From an uncultured delta proteobacterium (GTDB lineage: Bacteria > Myxococcota_A > Polyangia > Polyangiales > Polyangiaceae): 64,000 nucleotides of DNA. Positions 49,145 through 60,200 of the stretch are shown piece by piece. Location of the stretch: the NCBI GenBank assembly GCA_963696385.1, contig CAVOKF010000004.1, positions 384,001 to 448,000 of the forward strand. Direction: 5' to 3'. Numbering within the stretch: the stretch's first letter is position 1; each line of letters starts with the position of its first letter. The translations under genes and the position numbers were made by a program. Below the pieces are notes generated by a model. It ran no database searches, was not told the origin of the DNA, and was given only the letters and a program-made list of their open reading frames with translations.

Positions 49145-51441
49145 GCGCATGGAGCCGCCCGCTGCTCCTTACGCTGGCTTTCAGCGCCTGCGGCCGAGGG
49201 TCGGCCGGGCTGCCTGCGCCTGCGGCCGCCGGCTCCGACCCGGATCCGCAAGACGCGTCGAGCGCACCTTCGCGCTCCGTCGTGCTGGACATGTCCGCGA
49301 CGTTGGAGGCCTGCGCGTTCGGCCATCGAGGGGTCCTGCTCGACTTTGGCGAACCGTCGATGGTCGCCAGTCTTCGGCCTGGTTCGCTCCGCCCAGGGCA
49401 AGACGAAACCGTCGAACGCGCCGGTGCGACATGGCTGCGAGCCCACTCCCGAACGCTTTCGGCGACGTTCTATTGGCCTGCCTCGGCGAGCGAGATTCCG
49501 GATTCCGGCACGTATGCCGAGGCTCGGGTCTACGGGCTGCTGGCGCGCAGTGTCTCCGTGGCCATCGATGGCAAGATCCTCGGCGTATGGGCGCTCGGCA
49601 AAGGCCAGACGCGCGTCGTAGCGGCTCGCGGATCGAACGTCAGTTTGGCCCCCGGCGGCCACGAGCTCACGCTGCACTTCGTCGGTGGCGCCCGTGCGAG
49701 CGACGAAGCCCTGGCCGAAATCGATTGGGTGCACATCGGCACGGGAGAGGTCGCCGACTCGTATCCGGCTCCCACTCGTGCCGACGTCGTGGTCGACGCG
49801 ACGCTCTCGGGACAATCGCTCCACGCTCTATCCCTTCTTGCGCCCGGGTTCGTCCGCTGTTCGGGATGGATCCCCGCCAACGCGACGCTCGAAACGGAAC
49901 TGTCCACAGTGGGCGGGGGCGATGCCGACGTCGAGGCACGCCTCCTTCGTGACCGTCATTCTCCGATTGTGCTCGGCACGGCCACGGTGGCCGGGGGCGC
50001 GGCCGCGTGGACCCCGTGGTCCGTGCCGGTGACCGGACTGGAGGGTGACGGCGCGCTTGCCTCCATCGAACTCATCGCCAAACGAGCTGCAAAGGGCACG
50101 CGCCTACTGCTCGGGGCCCCTCGCGTGGTGGCAGCCGGTTCGATTGTCGCCCCCCCGCCGCCGGTCGAGCATGGAGTCGTTCTCGTCGTTCTCGGAAGCA
50201 CGGCGGCTCGATCGCTGGCGCCATGGGGAGGACCGCACGTCGTTCCGGAACTCGCGAGCCTGGCGTTGACCGGAGCCACGTTTTTGGCACACCGGGCATC
50301 GAGTTCGCTCGCGACGGCCGTGATGGCGTCGATGCTGACGGGGTTGTCCTCCCGCGCTCATGGCCTCGGCAATCCGGACGCCCGGCTGTCGGATGCCCTG
50401 ACGACGGTCGAGGATGCGTGCCGTCAAGGCGGCATCGCCACCGCGATGTTCACCGCGAATCCGACGACCGGTGCCGCCTTCGGTTTCGCCCGAGGCTGGG
50501 ACCAGTTCGTCGCCCACGATCCGCTCGAGGACGTGCCCGCGACCAGGGTCTTCGACGATGCGGCCGAATGGATCGGGGCGCATCGGGCGAGCCGCTTCTT
50601 CGTCGTCGTTCATGCGCGTGGCGGTCATCCGCCTTGGGACGCGAGCCCCGACGAGTTGAAGACGATGCCGCCGGAGGGCTATTTCGGCATGATCGAGCCG
50701 CGTCGGGCGGCCGAGGCGCTCATGAAGGCTCGCCGGCACCCCGGCCGCTTCAAGGAGGATGACCGCGTGCGGGCCTGGGCGCTCTACGATCGAGCGATCG
50801 ACGCGCACGATGTGGCTCTCGGGCGGCTGGTCGGTGCCCTTCGCAGCGCAGGGCGCGAAGCCGACACGGCCGTGATCGTCACCGCGGACGTTGCGGCGAA
50901 CGAGTCCGCCCCCGTCCCATTCAGCGATCCGGACACGCTCGACGAACCTCAACTGTCCGTTCCGCTGGTGGTGCGCTGGCCTCAAGCCCATTGGCTTGCG
51001 GGTCGTCGCGTCGAAGCCGCGAGCGCTCCGGTGGACCTCGCGCGAACGGTGCTCGATGCCCTCGGGCTCGTGCCGCCGGTCGCCTTCGAGGGCGTGGACG
51101 TCGCCGCTCTGGCTCGGGGGGCGCTATGGCCCGAGCAGCGGCCTTTGTTGGCAACCCGTGGCGGTCGCTTCTCTGCGCGTTGGGGGCCGTACGTGCTGCT
51201 TGGAGGTCGCGACCATGAGACCCGCTTGTGCGATCTTTCGCTCGACCCGTCGTGCGTGGCGGACGTTCGAGGGACGTCGCCGCTCGCGCTCGAGCCTTTG
51301 CGCCGGTGGACGCTCGCTGCACTCGCGCCTCCATGGCCCCCCGCGCCACCCCGCACGGCCGCTCGTTTGGACGATCACACCATTTCGGCTCTGATGAGAT
51401 GGGGTCGCCCTTCGGAAGGCGAGCGAGAGGAAGACTTCTAG
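49141..51441 (+). CDS. sulfatase/alkaline-phosphatase-fold lipoprotein with a degenerate active site
   Basis: Lipobox FSAC; ASMLTG, GFARGWD, HPPW, YDRAI, TAD, VPLVVRWP, VDLARTVLD. Confidence 0.75.
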   Translation: MSAWSRPLLLTLAFSACGRGSAGLPAPAAAGSDPDPQDASSAPSRSVVLDMSATLEACAFGHRGVLLDFGEPSMVASLRPGSLRPGQDETVERAGATWLRAHSRTLSATFYWPASASEIPDSGTYAEARVYGLLARSVSVAIDGKILGVWALGKGQTRVVAARGSNVSLAPGGHELTLHFVGGARASDEALAEIDWVHIGTGEVADSYPAPTRADVVVDATLSGQSLHALSLLAPGFVRCSGWIPANATLETELSTVGGGDADVEARLLRDRHSPIVLGTATVAGGAAAWTPWSVPVTGLEGDGALASIELIAKRAAKGTRLLLGAPRVVAAGSIVAPPPPVEHGVVLVVLGSTAARSLAPWGGPHVVPELASLALTGATFLAHRASSSLATAVMASMLTGLSSRAHGLGNPDARLSDALTTVEDACRQGGIATAMFTANPTTGAAFGFARGWDQFVAHDPLEDVPATRVFDDAAEWIGAHRASRFFVVVHARGGHPPWDASPDELKTMPPEGYFGMIEPRRAAEALMKARRHPGRFKEDDRVRAWALYDRAIDAHDVALGRLVGALRSAGREADTAVIVTADVAANESAPVPFSDPDTLDEPQLSVPLVVRWPQAHWLAGRRVEAASAPVDLARTVLDALGLVPPVAFEGVDVAALARGALWPEQRPLLATRGGRFSARWGPYVLLGGRDHETRLCDLSLDPSCVADVRGTSPLALEPLRRWTLAALAPPWPPAPPRTAARLDDHTISALMRWGRPSEGEREEDF

Positions 51442-51530
51442 GGTGACGGGAGTCTTCTAGGGTGACGGGAGTCTTCTCGGCGGGCGGACTTCCAGGGTGA
51501 TGGGAGACTTCCAAGGTGATGGGAGCTTCT
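51433..51530. repeat. 19-bp tandem repeat (4 full units + degenerate units)
   Basis: GACTTCTAGGGTGACGGGA, GTCTTCTAGGGTGACGGGA, 16-nt degenerate unit, GACTTCCAGGGTGATGGGA, GACTTCCAAGGTGATGGGA. Confidence 0.85.
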
Positions 51531-51716
51531 GCCGGAGGGAGTAGGTGAAGGGACGCAGACGAGACGCGCCCGATCGCCTGAAAACGCGTAGCCAATCAGC
51601 GGCGGCGTTGTTGCGATCCAGCCGCCGCGCCCATCGCGAGGGTGCGCGCTCGCAACGCACCTGATCCGCGCCCGCCTGGCGGCGGTTTCGTCCGATTTCA
51701 TCTCACGAGGCCCTCC

Positions 51717-53871
51717 ATGCCCCCTTCCCTCTCGAAGCAACGGTTCGTTCAGGATGCGCTGGGTGCCGCGCTGCTCGCAGGCGCCGCGCTCGCGGCCGGT
51801 TGTGCCAAGGGCGATTCAACGACGACGCCGGGCGACAACACGTTCGGTCCCCCCGGGTCGAGCGGAAGCACTTCGCAGACGAGCAGCAATCCCACGATCA
51901 GTGGCAGCGGTGGCAGCGGGGGAGTGGGCCTGACGGGCACCAGCGGCGGATGCGCGGCGACCAACTCGTGCACGGACTTCGCTCAGGCGTGCACCTTCGC
52001 AAACGATGCGGGCACCTGCAGCAGCGGAACCCAGTTGCCCCTCATCGAAGATGAGACGTGGCCCTCCGGCAGCACTCCGTCGGGGATTTTCGGAACCCCA
52101 GCCTCGACGGCCCAGGCAGGCGGGTCCGGAGGTCCGTGCGTGTACGAGCCGGCCCCGGGCGCCCTCTATCCCAACAACTGGCTTCGCCCGCGTTTCATCT
52201 GGACGGCGCCGGCCGGCCAAACTCTTTTCGAGCTGCGGTTCCATTCGACGAGCGAGTCGAGCGATTCTGCTCGTCTACACCGGCGCCACGAAGTGGACGA
52301 TGCCGAAGGCCCTATGGACGAGTCTGGCCTCCAACGTCCAGGGCGAGCCGATCACGGTCACCATCCGGGGCGCGGGGACGAGCGGATCGCCATCGGCCGG
52401 CAGTGGAACGAACTTCATTGTCGCTCCCGCGCCCGCGCAGGGCGCGATGGTGTTCTGGTCGACGGCGTCGTTCGTCACCGACGCCGCGACGACCAACCTT
52501 CAGGGGTTCCAGGTCGGCGATGAGAGCACGGAGGCCGTCCTCACACCCAATCAGGTCACGCAAACCGTATGGGCTCAGCCTCCGATTGGCGGGAACTTCC
52601 CAAGCCCAGCGGTGCCCGAAGCGGTCGGGTGCATTGGCTGTCACACGGCGACGCCGGACGGCAATTTCGTCGGATTCACGGCACAATGGCCATGGCCGAA
52701 CGCCATCGCGTCAGTCTCGGCGGACGCCGGGGCGGTCGGTCAGGTGCCGCCGTGGTCGACCGCGGGCGCTATTGCCAACCTCAGCCCCAACACGAACGAC
52801 GTGAACTACCTCGGCGGGAGCGAAGTCTCGGCCACGAACAATGTCGACAACGTGATGCTGGGGATCCAGACCTTCTCGAAGGGGCACTACAACTGCACTG
52901 CGCCGCCGGGCGACTGCATCGAAATCGCTTCCCTCGGCGCTTCGCTGGACGACCCCGAGAACGCCGCCGGCATGTACCTAGGGACTGAGCCGAGCGGGGT
53001 CGTCTCCCAGTTGGTATGGATCAACCTGCTGTGGGATGGCGCCGCGGACGCAGGGCGCCCGAGCGCGGCTCCGGGTGCGCCCAACAACGGAGGCTGGGGC
53101 ATCCTCGCCCGGACCGGCGACACCAACAGCGCCGGCGCGCCGAGCTGGAGCCACGATGGGATGAATGTCGCCTACACGTCGTCGGCTCAAGGCACGATGG
53201 ACGGCCGGCTCGACATGCCGATGGCCGGCACGACGGCCAGCGTGATGATCGTACCGTACAACGCGACCGCGACCCCGGGAGGCGCCGGCGGGACGGCGCG
53301 CAACCCTCTCGCGACGTCCTCCACGATGAGTTATTATTTCCCGTCGTTTTCGCCGGACGACGCCTTCCTCGCCTTCGACGGAGTCGCGGCGGGCGAAACG
53401 ATGTACGACGAGCCGCACGCCGAGATCTTCGTGGCGTCTGCCACCGGAACCGGCGCGACACCGACCCGCCTTGCGGCGAATGACCCCGCGATGTGCCTGA
53501 CCGGAGTCACGAGCCCCACCCCCGGGGTTCAGAATACGTGGCCCAAGTGGGCGCCCGCCCAAGCCGGCGGCGTGGCGGCCTCGAAGGATGGGAAAACGTA
53601 CTACTGGCTGACGTTTTCTTCGATTCGCATCAACGATCCGAACAGCCCCGCCTCCGTCGGCTCTTCGCAGATGAGCGGCGCGGGCGGACTGACCGGCAAA
53701 GTGCAGCTCTACATCGCCGGAGTCGCGGTCGACGCGAACGCCAACAACGCCATTACGACGTATCCGGCCGTTTATCTTTGGAATCAGGACCCCACGGTCA
53801 ACAACCTCATTCCCGCCTGGGACAACTTCGCGATTCCGGTGGCGACGGGGGTCGGGATGCCTCCCCGGTAA
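51717..53871 (+). CDS. TolB-like (PD40) beta-propeller lipoprotein with one CxxCH; +1 frameshift near 52265
   Basis: Lipobox AAGC; S/T/G-rich linker; YEP...LYPNNWLRPRF; CIGCH; PSWSHDG, PSFSPDD, WPKWAP. Confidence 0.75.
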
Positions 53872-53972
53872 TCGCCCCGTGGAGAACGCTCGGGAGCGCG
53901 CGCGGAGAGCCCGTCCCCACGCCGCCTTCGAGTCAACCGCGCGGACCGCTCGCTTCGAGGGCGAGGCTCGTC

Positions 53973-55412
53973 TCAGTCGCCGGTGGGGGCCCAGCGAGAC
54001 CCCGAAGGGCGGATCGGCCGATGATCCGCGGCGATGGCGGCGACGACCGACAAGAGCACGCCGAACGCTGCGAACAGCAAGAACCACAGTCCGAACACCC
54101 AGGGGCCGTTCCGAAGGTGGCACTCGACCGCCATGTTGTGGTCGTTGATTTTGCCTGCGAAGAGGGCGGGCAGAAATACGCTGAAGAGAGGGTGGGTCTC
54201 CGATTCGGCGGGGATGGGGTTCGTGGCGGCCGCGGCGGCGTTCACGAAGATGCCGAGAGCCGCCGTCGCGTAGAAGGCCAGTCGCCGCCGCGGCCAACCC
54301 TCAGCGAGTTTGCCCGCCCCCTCGTAGACCAGAAGGGCGATGACCGGAGTCAGATGCCGAGGTCCAGTGCACCATCCGCCGTCCCACTTGAAGTAAGAGC
54401 ACACGAAAAAAAATTGCGTCGCGCACAGCGCCGCGATCAACATCCAGCGGCGTCGCTCCGCGGCGTAATGGGCGGGTGGCCGGCGAAAGGCGAGCGGGGC
54501 CAGCACCGCGAGGGTCGGCGCGTAGAACAACAGACCGCGGTACTGACCGAAGAGGAGCTCCCACGCCGCCTCCGGCGAGGGTCCGCGGATGCCGAACGCA
54601 GTGTGCATGGCCTTCCAGACTTCCGGCACATGCGAGTACGGGAAGTCGAACGGATGGCCCGTCACCGCGAAGTTGTAAGCAAGCATGGCCACGGCGGGCA
54701 ACGTCGCGCCCGCGAGGTAGGCGGCGGCGCCTCGCCAACGGGAGCCACGTTGCCCCAGAAGCCAGAGTGCCAGGACAAAATTGGCCAGCACCAGCGGATA
54801 CTCGGTGACGACGGCACAGCCCCCGAAAAGTCCCGCGAGGGCGCAGCGCCCCTTGTCGACCGCAAGGAGATAAGCGGCCAAAAAGAGTACGGCCGCAAGC
54901 ATGTGACCGTAATAGATATTTCCGTAATTGAATAGGCAGGTAGAAAATGCCGCGGCCCATGCGATTCGCGACGCCACGGGCGCACGGACGCGACGGGCCG
55001 CGTGGCGAAAGACGAGGACATTGAAAAGCGCAAACGGCACCGCCGCCACCACGAGGTCGCCCAGAACCGCCGCCACGTTCTCGTAGACCGCCGGCGGATC
55101 GCGTCGATGCCCGGCGCGCCATGCCGCGTAGAACGGCAGCACGAGGAAGCTCGAGAGAGGCGCCTTGTCGCTATAGACATGGCCCCCGACGATCGCCTTA
55201 TCGACCGTCTCGCCGCCCCATCGGTCGGCCCGGAGACGCCCATCGTCCACGAGGGCGAACACCGTCAATAAACGCGACATGGGGTTGGCGCTCACGCCCT
55301 GATGAAAAAACATCACCAAGAACAGGCATCCTGCGAACAGAAGCACCGACGGCAGGAGGCGCCGACCTCGGGCGGCCGCTGCGCGCCCGATTGTGGGAAG
55401 ACGGAAAGGCAA
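53973..55412 (-). CDS. multi-pass membrane protein, GT-C glycosyltransferase-like
   Basis: About 11 TMs; DKA...YSDKAP loop; WDGGWCTGPRHL. Confidence 0.65.
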   Translation of the reverse strand: MPFRLPTIGRAAAARGRRLLPSVLLFAGCLFLVMFFHQGVSANPMSRLLTVFALVDDGRLRADRWGGETVDKAIVGGHVYSDKAPLSSFLVLPFYAAWRAGHRRDPPAVYENVAAVLGDLVVAAVPFALFNVLVFRHAARRVRAPVASRIAWAAAFSTCLFNYGNIYYGHMLAAVLFLAAYLLAVDKGRCALAGLFGGCAVVTEYPLVLANFVLALWLLGQRGSRWRGAAAYLAGATLPAVAMLAYNFAVTGHPFDFPYSHVPEVWKAMHTAFGIRGPSPEAAWELLFGQYRGLLFYAPTLAVLAPLAFRRPPAHYAAERRRWMLIAALCATQFFFVCSYFKWDGGWCTGPRHLTPVIALLVYEGAGKLAEGWPRRRLAFYATAALGIFVNAAAAATNPIPAESETHPLFSVFLPALFAGKINDHNMAVECHLRNGPWVFGLWFLLFAAFGVLLSVVAAIAADHRPIRPSGSRWAPTGD

Positions 55413-55531
55413 GGGCGGCGAAGGCTACCATGCGCTCTCCCCGGGCTCGGGCGACAAGGAACGAGACGGCGGGCGCGACCCCCCGTACGATGCGCTCGGC
55501 GGATTTGCCGCACACGGATGCCACTGTTCGA

Positions 55532-56446
55532 ATGGATTGTCGAATACTCGATGCGTCCCACACGCTCGCGGCCGGTGAGCTCCAGGCCCTGGTGTCGCCG
55601 GACAAGGGCATGCTCGTGGCCTCGCTTCGTCACCGGGGAGCCGAGCTCTTGCGGCGCGTGGAAGACCTCGACGCTGCCGCGGCCGCGGGGAAGACGGCGG
55701 CGATTCCGATCTTGTATCCCTGGGCAAACCGCCTCTCGGGGATGCGCTACACGGCCGCAGGGCGCGCGGTCGTGCTCGACCCGGCGTCGCCTCTTCTGCA
55801 CTGGGACCGTGGCGGCCTGCCCATGCACGGGGTCCCCTGGTCTCGGCTCGCCTGGCAGGTTCTCGACGCGAGGCCCGAGCGCATCACGGCCCGGCTGCAC
55901 TGGACGTGCCCAGAGCGTTTGGCGGTATTTCCTTTTCCCCATCGCGTCGATCTCGCCGTTGCCTTGCGCTCCGACGGCCTGACCTTGGAGACCACGGTCT
56001 GGGGGAGTTCCGAAGGACCGGTCCCGGTGAGCTTCGGCTTCCACCCCTTCCTGGGGTTGCCGGGACTCGGTCGGGCCGACTGGAAACTGACCCTGCCGGC
56101 GATGCGCCGACTGACGCTCGATTCGCGCGGAATCCCGACGGGGGTCGAAGAGCCCTTTGCCGGCTTCGACGCCTCCCTCGGCGAGGTCGATTTCGACGAT
56201 GGTTTCGCGCTACAGGGGCAACCAGCCGCGCTGTCCATCGACGGCGCGGGTCGACGGATCACCGTGGATTTCTTGGAGGGCTTCCCTTACACGCAGGTCT
56301 TTGCTCCTAAGGAAATGGAATTCATCGCCCTCGAGCCGATGACCGCGCCAACCGATGCGCTCACGACCGGTCGCGGCCTGCGCCTCGTGCAGCCCGGGCA
56401 GCTTCTGCGAACGGTCTTCCGAATTCGCGTCGACGACACGCGTTAG
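55532..56446 (+). CDS. aldose 1-epimerase family protein
   Basis: PILYPWANR, MHG, FPFP, FGFHPF, FDDGF, ALEPMT. Confidence 0.9.
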   Translation: MDCRILDASHTLAAGELQALVSPDKGMLVASLRHRGAELLRRVEDLDAAAAAGKTAAIPILYPWANRLSGMRYTAAGRAVVLDPASPLLHWDRGGLPMHGVPWSRLAWQVLDARPERITARLHWTCPERLAVFPFPHRVDLAVALRSDGLTLETTVWGSSEGPVPVSFGFHPFLGLPGLGRADWKLTLPAMRRLTLDSRGIPTGVEEPFAGFDASLGEVDFDDGFALQGQPAALSIDGAGRRITVDFLEGFPYTQVFAPKEMEFIALEPMTAPTDALTTGRGLRLVQPGQLLRTVFRIRVDDTR

Positions 56447-56565
56447 GAGGCGCGGTGGCGCCCGGATCGCCCACAGCCGAGCGCGCATGCGCGAAAGCGC
56501 GAGTCCCGGAAGCCGCGCCCGTTCGCAGGTTGCCACCCGCAACCCGGGTGCTAGCGTCCGGGAGG

Positions 56566-57201
56566 ATGAGGTGGGCGGCCGTTGGATGCCTCTGCGTGCC
56601 GCTGCTGGCGGTTGCGTCGAGGGTCGATGCGCTCGAAGGCGACGGCACCTCGGCCGGATGGTTCGGCGCGTTCCACCCCGAAGTGGCTGCGCGATTGACG
56701 TACAGCCCGCTCAGCAACGTGCGTGGCTCCTTGCCCTTGGCGGGCGACGGCTTTGGCGCACGGGCAGGCCTCTCGTATCTCGGCCTTTACGGCGGCTTGT
56801 CATACATGGGCTATTTTTCCCACGGCGGCTGCTTGGACACGGCGGACCAGACCTGTGGATCGTCGTGGGGGCGCTCTTTCGGTTTCGAAGGGGGTTACGG
56901 TCGGACTTTTTTTCGGATTCTGACGGTTCGCGGCCAAATCGGCATCGGCGACTATCTCACGACGGCCGAAGCGACGGGTTCCTGCCCCGGCATGACCTGT
57001 TCGACGGGCACGTTGAGCCCGCCGCCCTCCGCGAGCCATGGCATGTACGTGCAACCGGAAGTGCTGGTGGCGCTGACGCCAGGTCCCTTCGTCATCGGTA
57101 CCGACGCAAGCGTCCTCTACATGCCGAGCGCCATCGGATCGGGCGCAGCAGGGTCGTTCGCCGCGTTCATGCTGGGTCTGCAATGGGGCGTGAGGCTGTA
57201 G
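56566..57201 (+). CDS. small outer-membrane beta-barrel protein
   Basis: Signal peptide; amphipathic strands; C-terminal LGLQWGVRL. Confidence 0.6.
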   Translation: MRWAAVGCLCVPLLAVASRVDALEGDGTSAGWFGAFHPEVAARLTYSPLSNVRGSLPLAGDGFGARAGLSYLGLYGGLSYMGYFSHGGCLDTADQTCGSSWGRSFGFEGGYGRTFFRILTVRGQIGIGDYLTTAEATGSCPGMTCSTGTLSPPPSASHGMYVQPEVLVALTPGPFVIGTDASVLYMPSAIGSGAAGSFAAFMLGLQWGVRL

Positions 57202-57247
57202 GGTCGCGATCGCAGCGTGAGCGTTTCCCCGAAGCGCGCGATCGGCC

Positions 57248-60200
57248 TCATTCGCGATCGAAACCGGTGACGAGAGGGCCGTAGATTTCGAGCCACCGCT
57301 CGTAGGACTTGAGCGAAGGCTCCCGGCGCGCCGCCAACTCCGCGGCCGCCGCCTCGATCCGCTTCGGCAAATTCACAACGAGCGGACCCCCCACGGAGAC
57401 CGTGAGTTCCGCGGTCAGCCACAGCACATCGAGTTGCTCCTTGTCGCTCACTCCATGGGCTCTGGCGTGAAGGTCGTCCGCTCGCGCCAGCGCCCGACCG
57501 AGCCAATTCCGGGTGGCCGCCGCGTCGTGACGCTCGCTCGCATTCAGGGCAAGCTGCGCCTCGGCCAGCATCTCCTCGCGCTCGATCTCCACCCGATTCG
57601 TCTCCCTCAGCTGCTGCTCGAGGATCGCGTGCCGCTGGCCGATGGCTTGCGCTGCCGCGTCCAAGCGGCCAAGCTCTCGGTTCGCCTTGGCCCGCAAGCC
57701 GCTCGCAATGAGTCGGTACGCGCGAACGACCTGGTCGGGGGTCGCATGCGGCCACTGGAGCGTCGCGACCGTCCTCGGGTCGCCCAGGCGCTTGTTCACG
57801 TCATCGAGATCGGCGAGCGCGCGAGAGGGCTTGTTGGCGCCGACCGCAGACGCCGCGCGCGAGAAGCGCGCCACCACCCGATTGCGCGCGGCCATCGGGG
57901 CGCGCGACGCGTCGAGCAGCGGGATTTCCTCATCGTAAAGTGCGAGGGCGCGTGCGAAGTGCTCCGCTGCGAGGTGGTCTACCGCGGCCCAGTCGAGAGC
58001 CAGGAGACGGTAAGGGGCGAGCGCCCGTTTGCGGGCGATCATGGCGAGCGCGGCGTCGCCGGCGGCGGCCGCCTCCGCGTCGCGCCCGACGTGCAACAAC
58101 GCCTGCGCCTTCGACAAGAGGACGTCCAGTCCCTCGGGGTTGTCGGTGTAGGGCAGCTCGTCGCGTTCGAGCAGGTAGGCGAGGGCGATCCGGTAGTTTC
58201 CGACGTCCGTGTGCAATAGACCGAGTTCGCCGAGAATCATCGCTCGCAAGCGCGCGTTGTCGGCCACGAGCTCGAGCGCGATGAGGTAGTGCGCGTTGGC
58301 CCCCTCGGCCGCCCCGAGGTCCCCGGTGTGCAGGTATTGCTCGTGCAGGAGCGCGCCGAACAGCGCCTGAGCCATCCGCTCTTGCTTGAGATCCGACCAG
58401 GAAGCGTCGAGCGCCGCCAGTGCAGCGGCCGAAGCCTTGGCGTGGGCCTCTCCGTTGAGCGTCTGCAGATGCCGTGCGATGAGATACGCCTTGGCGAAGT
58501 GCGCGCGCGCCGGTAGGACTGCGCGTGGGTCGTACCGGGCCTCGATCGCGCCCGGTGGGTCCCCCAACTTCAAGCGCATGTCGATCGCTCCGACGTCCGC
58601 CTCGAGCGAGCCGGTCTGCTCGGCGACCGCATCGAAGTCATCCCGTGCGTCGCCGTAGCGCTTCGCGGCCACACGCTCGTAGGCTCGCGCGAGAATCAGG
58701 CGCTCGTAGACGTCTTCGGTCTCTCCTCGCTCGTGCGTCCCTCGCTTCACGTCACGGATGTCGCGCTGTACCAGGGCGTCAAGCACGTCGTCCGCGTCCA
58801 CGTCGTCCGCCCGCTGCACCGCATCGACGATGAGCGCCCGCCGGCGACCCGGGCGGGTCTGCGCCGCGTAGAGCGCGAGCAACGCATCGCCCACCGCCTG
58901 GGGCGCGTGGGAGTCGCGGATGGCCAGCACGTCGCGTGCCAGGTCGATCGCGAAAACCCACTCCCCCTCGAGGGGGGTCGCGCCGGCTCGCTCGCGCACG
59001 AGTCGAGCGTCGGCCTCCCCGTAAGCGAGCCCGCGCACCATGGCGCGCACGGCGGCTCGCGCGTAGCGGAGCTGGTCATCGGGTCTCAACGCCCCATTGG
59101 CCGACAGCTTCCGGCACGCTGCGATGAGCGCCTCGCGATCGTCGACCTGTCGGTAGAACGCGTCGACTTGCTGGTAGTACGCTTCGACGATGGGGGCGGG
59201 CGTCGTTTCGTCGACCGTGACCGCCTCGAGCTCGTGCCGCGCCTTCGCCTTTTCACCGATCGAGTCGAAGATCTCACTTCGCGCCAGGTGTGTGAGGTCC
59301 TCGGCCATCGGGCTCTCGGCCGCGTCCGCGTGCAGCCGGTCGAGCCGCGCCTGAGCCTCGACGCGAAACCCCTCCATCATGCGTCCCTGCTCGCGGCGGC
59401 GCTCGGCCTGCCGCTCGGCCACGAGCATTCGCAAAGGCAACGAAATCCCCGCCGTCGCCTCGTCGCGCAGCGTGTCCACCTGCTCCGCGTAATACTGGGC
59501 GGCGGGAAATTCTTCGCGCTCGAGGTGCACCAGCACGAGCGCGAGCATCGCGCGTCGCCGGCCGGCGGCGCTCGTCTCGCGCGAGAGGCGCAGGCTCGAA
59601 AGCATCTGCTCTTCGACGAGCGTATCCGCGTCGTCGATGGCGTTCACGAGCATCGGCATTGTCCAGGAGGCGGGGACCTCGCCGTCCAGGGGCAACGAGT
59701 AAACGTCGAGGCTTGCGTCCCGTGAACACGTCGCGATCAGGCGATCGACGAACGGTGCAGGGTACTCGCAATTCCACGACGTCTCGGTGAGCTGCTCGGG
59801 GGAACCGACGACCGGCGTGCCCGTAGCAAACGAAATCGGTACTCGGAAGAGGACGCCGTGGTCGCTTGCGTCGACCGTTCCGTCGCGATTGGTGTCGGTA
59901 AAGAACTGGACCACGTACAGCGAGCGGCCGTCCTTGGCGAAGACGGGCTGGCCCGTCTGTCCTGGGAGCGCCAAGACGAGGGCGGTCGGCTGGGCCGTTG
60001 CGGCCGATGCGAGCGGGACCGCTTCGATGGCCTGGGCCGCATGGGCGGCGAACGCCGGGCCCACAGCCCGCACCGTCCTCGCGACCGGGACGTACACGAG
60101 CCAGCGCCCGTCGGGCGAGATGGCTGGGCTCGTCAGGTTGCGATCGAGCAGCGGCCGCGCCGAGAGGGTCGAGCCCATCGTGACTTCCAGGACGCGCAGG

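Noticed and set aside
51433..51530. Possible CRISPR array
   Set aside because: The 19-bp units abut with no unique spacers, and no cas genes are present
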